Positions 11,219-23,432 of a DNA stretch of 64,000 bases are shown here, piece by piece. The DNA is from Convolutriloba macropyga (lineage: Eukaryota). The first letter of the stretch is position 1; each line of letters opens with the position of its first letter. The translations under genes and the position numbers were made by a program. A model generated the notes under the pieces. It saw only the letters and a program-made list of their open reading frames with translations, did no database searches and was not told where the DNA came from. The DNA is taken from assembly GCF_964194025.1 (NCBI RefSeq), contig NC_134472.1, forward strand, positions 59,892,001-59,956,000, given 5' to 3'.

Positions 11219-14200
11219 CTTAAAAAGTTTTCTTATAAAAAATTTGAGATATGTATATTGGAGTGGGGGGGGGGGGGGGGGGGGCAATTTCAAAAAAAGT
11301 TTGTTGCCATTAGGCGATAACCAATTAAAACGCTTAAAGACGGTACCCCAAAATCCACTTGAAGTTATAACTTTATACGACAGTAGTCAAATGTCCCTAA
11401 CAATTGTTCTTACGTCAAAATGATTTTTAGCATAGTGTACTATCAAGTACGTAGTATCCTTTAGTGTGTTAATTGGTTTTTGCCCAACGTACACAACACT
11501 TAGGTTGAAAGTTTTCTCCCAGTGGTCACAAAATTTATTATCGCCTAATCGAGTTTTCGCCTAATATCACATCCCCCAAAATTTTGTTTTTTTAAGCAGT
11601 AAATTTCATCGGCCCTCAATTCAGTCTGGACGAAATCAATAACACAAACTGGCTGTCTGCAATTTTCGAAATGTTTCCTCCAGCTGTGAGATTTCATCAC
11701 TAAATTTGATACAGGATTTCATAAGTACCTAACAGCTTTGAAAATTAGGGATTCGAAAGAGAAAAGTGGCTTAAATACAGATGCCATCTACTAGCAGGAG
11801 TGTGGATACAGTATTATTGTGAATCTAAGAAATTTAACTCCCACGAAAAAAAGCCCGGTGTGTGGTTCTAATGTTAGATTCGGCTGTGATAGTTCGTATG
11901 AAGTTCCACAGACCACTAAAGCATTGTCATGGACCGCGAGTCATGGCGTTCTTTTCCAAAACTATTCAATTATTTTGTATAATTGGGAAAACTATTGTTT
12001 GATTTGGTTAACCGATTCGTATACCTTCCGCTCAATTTTCAAAAACCTCTGGTTCCATTAATTTGTTCCTATTTTTTCATTCAGTAGAAAATTAGAAGAT
12101 AAACATTGTTTTGTCAATCTTTAACTTTAAATCTGTCTCTTTCATTTTTCAGTTTTTTCAGTACTTTTTTTGAAAATGCTCAAATTGTTTTTATCGAAGA
12201 GAAAAAGTTATACTTGTTGAAAAAACCAACGATATGTATTAGAACAAGGAGGCTCAGTAATGCTCCGACGCCACCCATCCACATTTAAAGAGGTAATGAA
12301 TACTGGTGTGAATAACATTACAAGGTTCTACAAACAACAAATTAAAAGAAAACAAAAATAAATAGGGTAAAAACTCAAAATCCAATTACATATATTCCAA
12401 AACATATAATAACAAAGTCGAAATAACATGAAAAAAGAACCAAAAAACAGTTATATTGAACGACAAACAAATTGAACTCATACACAGTGGGACAAGATAA
12501 CCAGTCAACAATCAGAAAATACGGGGCGAAGATCAAAAATCCACCGAGTATTTTAAGCCAAAAACTTTGAAATGTCATAAAAATCATTATTAACGTGACA
12601 ATTCTAAACAGATTCAGTAATAGGTCTTTATAAAATTAGTAGGTGTGTGAGAATAAGTGGTAGAAAAAGACTGCGGAATAACCACAGATTAACAAGAGAA
12701 AAAATTATAATTAACGTACGAAAACACAAAATAATGAAGCTGTTGAAATTATCAGCTATAATGTTAAAATTTTGCATAGTGATTCGATGTTCACTTGTGT
12801 CTCATTTGGAAAACAATGAGACTTGTTTTAAACACGAATATTTTGAAGGACAACATAAAAACAATAAAAAATTGATCAATAGCAAAAAAGGCATGCGGTA
12901 CAAGTTATAAAACATCAATTGCAACCTAAGACCAACAAAAGGATTGAAGTTTAAAGCAAAAAAGTAAATGGGACCTCTCATTGAAGACACCAAGTTTCAA
13001 AATGACAAAAAAAAATGAAAATCAAAACTCAAAAAATTCAAAAAAAATCTGATTTTCTCTAAATCGAAAAAGATCAAAATCATCAAAACCATTTGCTTTC
13101 ATCTTATGGCCTTGAACAAACTCAATAAATCTCTACAGATAAGCAAATGATATCTGTTATTAATTAGAAACTTCGGTAGGACTACATAAAGAAAAACAAT
13201 TAAAGGAAAAACTGGATAAAAAATTGCGAGAGATTGTTCAGAGTTATTAGTGAAAAATGTCAATCTTTGGAAACTTTGGGAAAAAATGAATTGACGCAAT
13301 TCATATCCAATGAGATTTATCACTAATCAGAATAAATCCCCTGATTACAAAAAACAAAGCAAATACACGCAAAAATCGAGTAGTCAAACAAAAACTTCAA
13401 GAAGAGATTCTCGAAGCTTTGAAGCCATAGAAAAAACTATTCGCTGATAAGTTTTAATATTCAGCTCAAACTTTTTTCAACACCAATGGGAACTTTATTT
13501 TTTGTGATAACTTGATAAATTATCAAAAAAGAACCAAAGTTTCGAAAAAAAATCAAAAGTGAAAAACAATTATAAGAACTTATAACGTTAAAAACGTAAA
13601 ACAATTAGAAATAGGAAAAACCGCTGACCAGTTTAGTTGTTCTTTCAACTTTGGGCTTATGGTGCCTTGCAATAGTGCGACCGACCAACAAAATTACAGA
13701 AATGAGTTATTTTCAAAAAAAAAGATTTTCAAAAATCGTGTAAGGTTTATTGAAAAAAAAGATTCAGAGACTTATAAACATTAGGTATGCATTCAAAGCA
13801 ATAGAAAAAATGACGAAATCTGCTTTGAGAAACCAGTGGCATTTTTTCAACGATACTAAGTCTTAGGACTACAAAACTGCCACAAATGCAGTCAAAACAC
13901 AAAAATTCACTAAAAAGTAGGAAAAGGATTTTTTGAAGCCATCAAAACCATGAGCGATGGCTCCTCGGAACAAAACTATTGTCCATTGTGCCTCATCGGA
14001 TAATATATGGGTTTATTTAATAATGGAACCTTGAAGTGTAAAGTGATTTGTCTCTGAATAACATCAGGAAAAACAAAAACATGAAAAAAATGGAAAAATC
14101 AGCTCTCAATATATATTTTGAATCTTTTGGATTGTAAACTTACTAATGAAACCACAACTAGCATTTTTTTGGCTGCTCGTTTTTAAGGAACAGCAAATTA

Positions 14201-14562
14201 TTCCAAATTTTATCCATCAAATTTTTATCTAAAAACCAAATTTTATTCAACTTTTTGATACAAAAAAATCTGAAATTGATTAAAAAGGACGCTAAAATTG
14301 AATAAAATCACGCCCATTGTGAACTTTTCACTAAAACTTTACACCTTGATAACTCTTCGAAAAAAAGAACTTCAAAGAATCTTTATAACTTCAAATTCTA
14401 TGCTGGAAGAGCTTTCTAGTGTTAGCACTCTCGATTCTTTACGATAATTATGTCGATCGGCCAAAATTGACTGAACAAAAAAAAACAATTTGAGTATATT
14501 GTTCCACCTCCACTATGTGTGTCTGAACAAATATACATCATACGTTTTAAAACTACACATAC

Positions 14563-14690
14563 TTGATGCATTTGAGAGCCGCGAATGTGATGCCAGCGAC
14601 GAAGAGAGCCAACAATAGGAGGAAAGTCGCAGTCATCGTGATAGCAGTCCAATTTTTGACAAACCAGTTGGCATTCGTTTCAGTTTGGCC
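14563..14690 (-). CDS. Gene A exon 5 (transmembrane exon)
   Basis: Acceptor CTTTTCAG|, reads GQTETNANWFVKNWTAITMTATFLLLLALFVAGITFAALKCI(K), donor AA|GTATGT. Phase 0 to 2. This frame is not the one listed in the ORF track. Confidence 0.88.
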
Positions 14691-15206
14691 CTGAAAAGAT
14701 AATTCTCTGCCGCCTGTTGTCATCCGCGGCAACAGTGGTGAAAAATTCGAAATTATTTAGAAGTCAGTTAGCCCGATTGAACAAACCAGGCCATAGTCGC
14801 TTTAAAGTTGAACTGCTTAAGACGTGGTTATCTTTAGCTTAGGTAAACTGGCGAATTACTTCTCGTGAACTGGTCCAGAAATTAACCCTTTTAATTCAAT
14901 GGAATCACTCTCGCTACTTTCTCATGTTTTTGCTCCCGGATATTTCCCGTCAGTGATCTGCAGCTCATACAATTAGACAATTTCAAGCAGAATCCATTGT
15001 AACAAGTATTATGTCGAAATAATCGCATCTCGTGCTACAGTGGATTTAACTTGAAATCGGAACCAAAATAAAAAAAGGCACCAGAAAACTTTACAAACAT
15101 TATTAAAAAATTAGAGTCTGCGTTAATTACAGTTAACTTTAAACACGATTTCTCGAAACTATTGTTAGTATGGAAGTATGGTTTGTAAGTATGGATTACA
15201 AAGTAC

Positions 15207-15487
15207 CGATGCATTGTTTGAAGATCCTCCATTGTTGCTTGTCAATATGTTCCCTCGAGATTTATTGCCAAGCACTTGTCCATTCACAGGGACAGTAACA
15301 GGGGACTCAATCACCATCTCCGGTTTATAGGGTACCCTCTTAACTGAAACTAGTTCACACCTCCCCCTCCTTTTGATCTCAGGGGTGTCCAGCAGGTGAA
15401 GATATTGATAGCCCGGGTACTCTATTGGATTCTCTCCTTTCTCTGGTTTCAACGGAATCATCTGCAAACTGATGAACACCGTACCAC
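15207..15487 (-). CDS. Gene A exon 4 (conserved ectodomain segment plus stalk)
   Basis: Acceptor CATTTAG| (alternative in-frame acceptor 12 nt upstream, start 15499). Reads GTVFISLQMIPLKPEKGENPIEYPG...CELVSVKRVP...SSNNAS, donor |GTACTT. Homologous to the gene B exon at 62622-62905. Confidence 0.85.
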
Positions 15488-15554
15488 CTAAATGTGAATC
15501 TAAAATGTGGTTAAAAAAATTAGAACCAAACATATGAACGGTTTCTTACGTATC

Positions 15555-16290
15555 TTCGGGGCACTAATCAGACTATAGAAGATCAAAGTGATATCTTATT
15601 TATGACTATAGCTTTTGTCCCCTTGAAACCTTGTGTTCGCTGTATGTGTGCTCAGAGTTATAGATAAGATCCAAGGGAACTAAGACCAGTTCCAAACCAG
15701 ACCAATGTCAGTATTCGTTTTGTCCCAGATCACTTCCAGATCATTCAGAGGACGTCTGTACACTCCAAACTGCCTCTGATGAGCAACTCTTATGACAAAA
15801 GTCTATGATCATACCATTTTCATAAGATAGAGGTCCATGGTTTTTCCAGACTGTTGTCCAGATATTTGTTTGAGCGCTTCGAACGGCCTCTAGTCAAAAT
15901 TTTCTCAGACCAAGTGTTGTTTAAGAGAATTTAATTAAGTTAAAAAAAGTTGTTTTAACCCGAATTTTGTTTATTCTACTTTTAGAAATAGATAATTTTA
16001 TTGGATCAAAAAGACCGGTGACGAGACCCTAATCAATATGCGTCGGATAATCCACTAATCAGGCCATCCCCAGAAGGAAGTGATCTCTGATCAAGCTATT
16101 TTGCTCTCAAAATTGACCCTGGATGTAACCATGACATCTGATTAGACCATACCAAACAGAAGTAATCTCTGATCAGACCAAATCAAAGCAATGAACAAAT
16201 TCTTGTGCTGTGGAAATAATCTCCAGTGCCTTTAATTTTTATCGGGAAACACATCGTTTGTCCTTGACTTGGGTCTGATCAGAGGGCGTC
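15555..16290. repeat. Decayed repeat with TCTGATCAGA motifs in gene A intron 3
   Basis: Recurrent (C)TCTGATCAGA / CAGATCA motifs; boundaries approximate. Confidence 0.4.
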
Positions 16291-16721
16291 TTTTTAACAA
16301 TAGTGCGTTTCTCATTTTAAGAATGCAAAATGATTTGGAACATAGGTTTGATATCATCAATCATGAAAATAGGCTATCAAAAATTTGATGCACATCAAAG
16401 CTCAAAGCATAGAGTGCTCTGTTTATTAACTGAATAAAACTTATTATGGACTATAAATCAGCATTTGCTTACGTTTACCATGTACCATATGTACCATGTA
16501 CCATTATAGATGTATTATTGTTATATGTATCGAATAATATAGCGGTTTAATTTTTTGTAAAACAAATTGTTGAATCACGCACATGTTTTAGTCTGTTTAG
16601 ACAAAGTATTTTTATTAGACAGTTCTACACAACATTTTTATAAAAATTTGTTCATGGTCGGAGAGAAAACTAATGTAAGTGAGAATGCAATTGTTCAAAA
16701 ACAACAGAAGAATAAACTTAC

Positions 16722-16927
16722 CTGGTGAAATAGAGTTTATTTTCTTTCCAAGAGGCATACACATCAACAGATCTCCCAAAGGGTTCGAGTCGCGAGTAAC
16801 AGGACCTGTGAGGGGGTTACTGAACATGAAAGTGGTTCTAGTTGTGTCCTGAACTCCTGACCTCGCGTCCTCTTTTCGAGCGTGAAACTCAAATCCATGC
16901 AGGTCGTCCATTTTTTCGCCCACTGGC
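16722..16927 (-). CDS. Gene A exon 3
   Basis: Acceptor TGTTTAG|, reads PVGEKMDDLHGFEFH...LLMCMPLGKKINSISP, donor G|GTAAGT. Phase 2 to 1. Confidence 0.85.
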
Positions 16928-17651
16928 CTAAACATTGAGATTTGTGCTATAATGGGAAAGACTGAAATTTACTGTATCTCCATCGTGTTAATGTCATATA
17001 TCAAACACATTTACAGAGGATAACTAGAATTATTTTTATTGTATATCCAGACAATGATTGCATATAAGTGTTCGGAATTTTCGGATACTCGTAACTAAAA
17101 TTCCTTTAAAAAGTTTGGTATAGAAAACTTTACGATACCAAACTTTTCAGAAATTTTGATATATAAGCTTCTGAAGGTTCGAACCAATATCATCCAATGA
17201 GACTGTGGATATTCCCCCCAAATCTGGTTCCGAATCGAGCAACCTGTTTTCGATGTGTTGTCCTCATTTTTTTCCAATTTTTACGGGCTGATGAATTAGA
17301 ATAAATTTGCTGAAAAACTATTTACTGTATTACCTATGATTCAGCCATAGTAACATTGTAAATAATACACAGCGAACTTCGTTAATTTCACTAGACGACG
17401 TATATTTGCAAAATGATGAAGACATCGCCGAGAACTTGTTCAAACTTGCTCACAGCTGCATATTGAAGAACTAAAAGAACCGGATGAATGACACCGATGA
17501 GTTACCTGTCACCAAATAAGAGGGGAAAATATTGCAAAAGCTATTCATTTGTCTCGCCTAAAAAACAGGCGAAACACAGGAGACCTCGAGAAAGGACGAT
17601 GATTGGGAGTGAGAATATAAAAGAAATTGGGATCGAGTCATTGACACTCAC

Positions 17652-17784
17652 GGTGAGGCAATTCCATGAACACAGAGCATGTCCCTCTTCCTGTCAAATG
17701 AGAGGGAGTTGTCGAGGAAGTGGACTCTTGGAGCAGATGCGTCATATTTACTCAGTTCGTCACGACATGCGTCCGATGCAAACT
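17652..17784 (-). CDS. Gene A exon 2
   Basis: Acceptor TGTTTCAG|, reads (K)FASDACRDELSKYDASAPRVHFLDNSLSFDRKRDMLCVHGIAS(P), donor CC|GTGAGT. Phase 1 to 2. Confidence 0.85.
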
Positions 17785-18427
17785 CTGAAACAGTTCTCCT
17801 AACATTTTGAAATTGCTTCCTGAATTTTGAGAATGAGTAAAAATATTCAAATATGCTTTTCATTTTTTATCTTTAATCAATCTTTGTCTTTTATTCAGTC
17901 TCCTGTTTATTATGGCTCCTGTTTTTGTCAAATTATTTGCGATAATTTAAATGACAGAATTATTTACAGCATTAAAAGACTGATGGCTGATTAACACCTC
18001 TCATATCTATGCTTGTGGCAAAATCTAGCATCTAACAAATCTCTTTATTCATTTAATAACAAATTCCGAAAACGTGAAAAAAAAGTGAAAAATATGCAAC
18101 AACAATCAAGGCTCTCTACTAAGAAGTCAGAAAGTAAAAATTTGAAAAATTTATACTTCTGTCTCATTTCTCACACAAAACAAAAGTTGCTTTTTGCTTC
18201 ACACAACTAAATCTTGAAAAAAACTTTGCTAATTGAACCTGTACCCTCCTTTCCTTATGTCTAGAATGGTGTCATCTCAAGCATATGCTACAAAAAAAAA
18301 ATTTTGATTCCAACTTAAATCCAAAAGTTCTTTTTTGTACGTAATCTACTTTCAATTTTATAGTCATTAAGCATAAAAATATTTGTATATCTCTTGTGTA
18401 TGAAAACATAAGGAGATCTTAGCTTAC

Positions 18428-18563
18428 TCGCACAGCATTTTCGTTTGTAGAAACATTCCCCATCCGAGGTCTCAATCTCGTTCATGCATCTCAGGTCCAG
18501 ACCCTTGGCCAATCCAAAGAAAACTACCAGAAACGCAGATATGGAACTGATTCTGATTCTCAT
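18428..18563 (-). CDS. Gene A exon 1 (ATG, signal peptide, Cys-rich start)
   Basis: MRIRISSISAFLVVFFGLAKG|LDLRCMNEIETSDGECFYKRKCCA: basic N-terminus, hydrophobic core, A-K-G cleavage-like site. Donor A|GTAAGC (phase 1). Confidence 0.85.
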
Positions 18564-18875
18564 CGTCGAACGTTGAAACGCACTAAAAACTATGAACAAG
18601 TTTTATTCAAAGCTAACTTGATATCTTCTTAATTTATCTCAAAATGGATTGCTGATATAGAAAAAACTTTTATTGATAATTTTGATCATGTACACATAAT
18701 GTCGACAGTGGCTTGCAACATCAACATGGAATATTCCGTCGACATCGACTAATGCGTGCTCGTAAAAAACCGACTTTTTTGTTATTTAGCAGCAAACAGC
18801 TAATAACACGCCACAGTGACTTAATATGCGCATAAAAACTGCTTACTATTTTACATACCACAGCGGCTACCTTGA

Positions 18876-18883
18876 TGACGTCA
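18876..18883. promoter_or_regulatory. Perfect CRE palindrome TGACGTCA upstream of gene A
   Basis: About 310 bp upstream of the gene A ATG. The same 8-mer occurs elsewhere in the window, so function is unproven. Confidence 0.25.
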
Positions 18884-20219
18884 AATGATGCTAAGAATTC
18901 TGGCCGACTGTGCGTTCAGCCGACAACTAAAATTAGTCGAAAAATTACATAAAATGCTTCCAGTAGATTAAGTCTGGAGTTGTAATTTGCCAAACTAAAA
19001 CATCGAAGTACCCACCACCCCCTCCCCACCATTCTATATTCTAGACCGCTAAGTTTTTCACTTTCTGGCTGTCAGCTTAACGCCCTGTCGGCCAATATGG
19101 AGTCCACGATTATAAAAATATCTTCATTTTTTATTAAAAAATAGATAAGCTAAAACATGATTATGACGTAATGAAAACTACTCACAATGAAAAAAGATTG
19201 ATGAAACAACCGATGAAAATTCAGTTTTGATTGTTTTAGTGTTTTGGAAACCAAATTTGACGATGTCGTGAGGCAACTTACGACCGTTTTGTCCTTACCT
19301 TGAGTACTTGGCAAATAGCTCCCTTCAGGATGTCACAGTTTTCGAGGGAACAGCTTCAATTAGCCTAAATCATGATTTGAGGAGATCTGTTATTATTCTT
19401 CCGACCCACTTTAGCGGGGGGAGGAACTATACTCAACTAGTTCTTTTTCAGTCAGTTTTGCTTTTAGTCAGTTTTCGCCCATGGATATATTCATCGCCCA
19501 GGATTATGAGTGGTATCGTGAAGAATTTTGTCAAGCGTAGAATTTCTAATAAAAAGGATTTTTTTGAAGTTCGCTTTTTCTGAAGAGTTGCGGTGGTTGA
19601 AAGATTTGTGAACTCTAGCCTATCTTCCGTTGTTTTGTTCACATTTTTTGTAATTTTTTGGTTAAATTTTGATCAATTTTAGATAAAATGCGAAAAAATG
19701 GTTAAAAAGAGTCTCACCTTTTATAATTTTACGTTTAAAGATAGAAGAGAGTTGGTGAACCTTTTGAACCAACTGTTCTGGTAAAATTGTCACCCAGGAT
19801 TTTGAAAATTCAGCGTTTATAGTTCTTTCGTTAAAAATGACATCAAAAACTCACGTTTCGCCCAATTTGTCCAGTTTGACCGGTGGTGCAGATCAGATAT
19901 GGAATAACTATGCCTCCGATCCCTAAGAAAAATTTCTGGAAATAATATTTTTGCTACCTTCCGGTAAGCTAAACCGATATCTATAAATAGATGAATAGAT
20001 TTCTTTGATATACTTTTTTGGCTTGCCAAATTTTTTTAAAGAAATGTTTTTAAACAACTTTTTTAAAAGCCGAACAGCGATAGCAAGGCGAGTTTTGGTC
20101 TACTCATTGAGTTTTGCGATGGAAAAGGATTGGGATTGTACTGTACTTTGTGTCCTGTGTATTTTGTGTACTGTACTGTGTCTTTTTTGTATATTTTTTT
20201 TCATTGTTTTTAAATCTCA

Positions 20220-21500
20220 ATTACTAGAAAATTATTCTTCAAATGATGGCTCAATTAAAAAGAGGTCCCTTTATAAACTAATAGGGTCTAGTGGAAAGAC
20301 ATTATTATTTTTCATTAGTAAAGCTCATGGTTTTTATGGCTCCAATAATCTGTATTCGTAAAATCTTAATAAATTCTCGAGACTTTCAAGCATTTGATCT
20401 ACCTTTTGTGTTCTTTTGACTAAGTCTAATTAATCAAGTTTCTTATTTTCTAATTGGGTATCTAGGGAGCTGTTAGAGAAATTATCTAAAGCTTAAAAAA
20501 GTTTTTTTTTGTTAATATAACTCGATTGTATCCAAAATTCATCATTTACTTTTAATGTAATTATTTTTTGGTCAAATTAACCCTTTCGGTAACATTTAAT
20601 ACAAAGTTTGTATTAATGGAGAATCAGTTGGAGCACGACTAGTTTTGTTCTAAATGTGGAATTTCATAGTTCCAAAATTTTTTGATTAATGGGTCGCTAT
20701 ATATGTTTTTTTAATTGAAATACTATAGGTTTTTTTTGTTTTTTATGTTAGTTACAGAACAGAATTGGCCTCCTAAGCCATAAAAAGTTAAATTGTTCAG
20801 AATTTGTCAGTTGGAAACTTACTGTTCTGATGTCATTTTTTTTTTAAAAAAAGATTTTCGAGATTTGCCAATTTTAATTTTATTTTCGTAATCTTTAAGC
20901 GTAGTCTCAATAAACACAGAGGTCACATTCTTTTTCAGCTGAATTTCTTTGTAGTCTTAATTGTTATTTTGATATTTAATTGGTTGTTTTTGGCGTTGAT
21001 ACTACGAGTTTTCATAAATTTTCTATATGATTTTTTTGACATTTTCCAATTTTTTGGTTCTCTTTTGCTGTCTCGTCCCATCAGTATTTTTAACGCACCA
21101 TTTTTTTCGAAAAAATATAAAAAGTGGTTATTCTCAATATTTATACTTTCGTTATACATTCGTTGCGTTTTGGTCTAAAAAATGAGTAGACATTGAGTTT
21201 TGGTCGTACTTAATGCTTATTGTTTTATTTGCTTTTGTTGTTTGTCTTGTCTCTCATTCTTCGTAATAGCAGTTTTCATCGGCTCGGCATTGAGTTATTA
21301 TTTCATTTGTTTATTGTTTAGAGCTTCCAGCGATTTTTTGGGTGGATAGATCAATTTATTTTCAAGAACAAGTGAATTTTGAAAAGTTTTCTTTGTCTTC
21401 CTCTTTTGGTGGAAAATTAAGTCAAAAACTTGGTTGAGCGAGATCAGAATGTTATGTGCGGATCGACTTTAACGAGCCTCCTTGTTTACTTAAAACTTGT
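20220..21500 (-). repeat. Ancient A-rich dispersed repeat family (other fragments on + at ~660-1000 and ~12240-14000)
   Basis: Shared anchors: AACAAG(A/G)AGGCTC.(G/T)TAA at ~674, ~12243 and ~21485(-); CCAAAACTCAATGTCTA at ~973 and ~21190(-); AGCCAT.AAAACCATGAGC at ~13937 and ~20330(-). Confidence 0.6.
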
Positions 21501-21699
21501 GTTAGATACCAGAGTAATGATATATGTAAATATTAATCTGAAATTGTCCTCTTAACACGCAATTTTTAGTTTGGGGGACTCTTTACAAATTGGAACTTTC
21601 TCCAAATGCATGGAGAGATGGCGTGACAGGAGCAAACCTTGAACGAGTTTCAACTTTTGATCAATACAAGACCAGTGAAATAAACGTCTTTAATCACCA

Positions 21700-22385
21700 A
21701 ACCAGTACTGATCACGTCTTATTTCAATTCTTAAGACTTGCTCAAGACTTGTCAAGTCTAAGTCAAGTCTTGCCGAAGACTCGGCAAGTCTTGAGTCAAG
21801 TCTTGATTAATGCGTAGTTACACAAAGTGGAGTTTTAAAAAGATATTATTTATAATTGATGAATTTCGAAATTAGCCAGAAAATTAGTATAAAAATGTTT
21901 AAGATAAATTTGCTAATCTGACCAATCTAATTCAGAAATGAGCATATCAAATGTTCCATATGTTCACTCCGAGACCAGTTATTTTTTCAATTGGCAGAAG
22001 AAAGTGGCCAAGACTCGTATCTTTGGGAGATATCAGAAATTTTTTCATTCCCGTTCAAGTGAACTTTGTGGAGGCGCTCGTATTCTCTTGTGCTTTTTTT
22101 TTCACTTTGAAGATTTTTGGAGTGTTAGTCGTGGCCTTCTTATTTCGTTGTGAAATGAAAGTAAATCAACAAAAAAATGTGCGCAATACTTGACCCAAGA
22201 CTTGTCAAGCCTTGACCAAGATTTGCACAAGACTTGTCAAGCCCTGGTTAAGACTTGCACAAGACTTGTCAAGTCTTGGCCAAGATTTCACTCAAGACTC
22301 GCCAAGATTTACGACTTGATTTAAGACGTGCCAAGTCTAAAAAGTGACATGATCAGAGCTCTGATACAGTACTGATCCGAGACTC
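21700..22385. mobile_element. Degenerate MITE-like element with CAAGACTTG/CAAGTCTTG subterminal repeats
   Basis: Arrays of CAAGACTTGTCAAG at 21730-21805 and 22188-22340, bounded by CAGTACTGATCA / TGATCAG motifs. Confidence 0.55.
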
Positions 22386-23432
22386 TCAGTAAAAGGAACT
22401 AATTGCAACGTATCTCTCCAGTATCTCTCCAGAGCTCTCCAAAGCTGGCCAGGAGTCTTTTCCTTTTAAGAGCTCAAGAAAAATTGAAAATCTGCAAGTC
22501 AAGAAACTCGAGTAACCATTTATATTTCCTTAATGTTAACCAGAAGTTAGAGCAGCAATAAAAATGATTTTGAGTCTAATGAAAAAACATGTAAGATAAT
22601 TTTTAAAAAAACTAATTTAATAAGCGTGTTTTTTACGCATTGCATTAAGTGCATATTTTAGTTTTTCAATCGAAAAGAGCTGCTCTGTCTATATGCGCTC
22701 TGAGAATTGATAACTTTTTTATATTTGATCGTTTCAAAATATGAAAGCTAAACTTTACTGCCTCTCCAGTGGAAAAACTTAAATTTTGCTTCGATAGAAA
22801 TTTTGAATCACTGCAAAATTTGAGATTTTGTCAAATTTATACTTTGTCAGTACGGCTATATACATTAGGTTAAATTCTACCGGGCTGACTGTTTTTGCGC
22901 GCCAAATTTGTGTTCAAGGTGGTTTTTAAAAGAACAAATTTTTGGGCGATAAACAATGGCAAAACATAACAAAAAGCGTAACTTTGAGGATCTATTGGAA
23001 CACTTTTCTTAATTTGTTTGCTTGTTGTCTCTAGGTTTAATTATTCCTACACTATTTTCAATTTGACACCGTGTCAGTGTCAGTTGGAGTTAATTTTTTT
23101 AAACCGAATTGGTGTTAGGCATGAACTTAAATGCTAAAATTTGACCGCGACTACAACTGGTTCACCAAAGGAGTCAATCTCAAGTGCAAAAGTTGGGTAA
23201 ACATTCATTTTAGGACCACAGCAATGTTTTGGTGGAATTTTTCTAAAAAATACTTCCGGGTCACACTCCGATTACTCCCTGTAAATACATTTGTTCAATA
23301 CTTGTTATCGTGATGTACAAATAGCAAACAGTCAAATTGGATTGCAGTCAATTTGAACTGCAAACAGCCAATTTAAAAGTTTCTCTCACTAATTTTTACG
23401 TTTTTACTCCCTTTTACCGACTAAAGAATGTT

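Larger units (their letters stand above)
10340..18563 (-). other. Gene A: 7-exon gene for a 468-aa type I transmembrane receptor-like protein (signal peptide, Cys-rich ectodomain, TM, Tyr-motif tail)
   Basis: Manual splicing: exons 18563-18428, 17784-17652, 16927-16722, 15487-15207, 14690-14563, 11218-10743, 10386-10340. Lengths 136+133+206+281+128+476+47=1407 nt = 468 aa + stop. All introns GT..AG, phases 1,2,1,0,2,1 match, and the topology is coherent. Confidence 0.88.
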
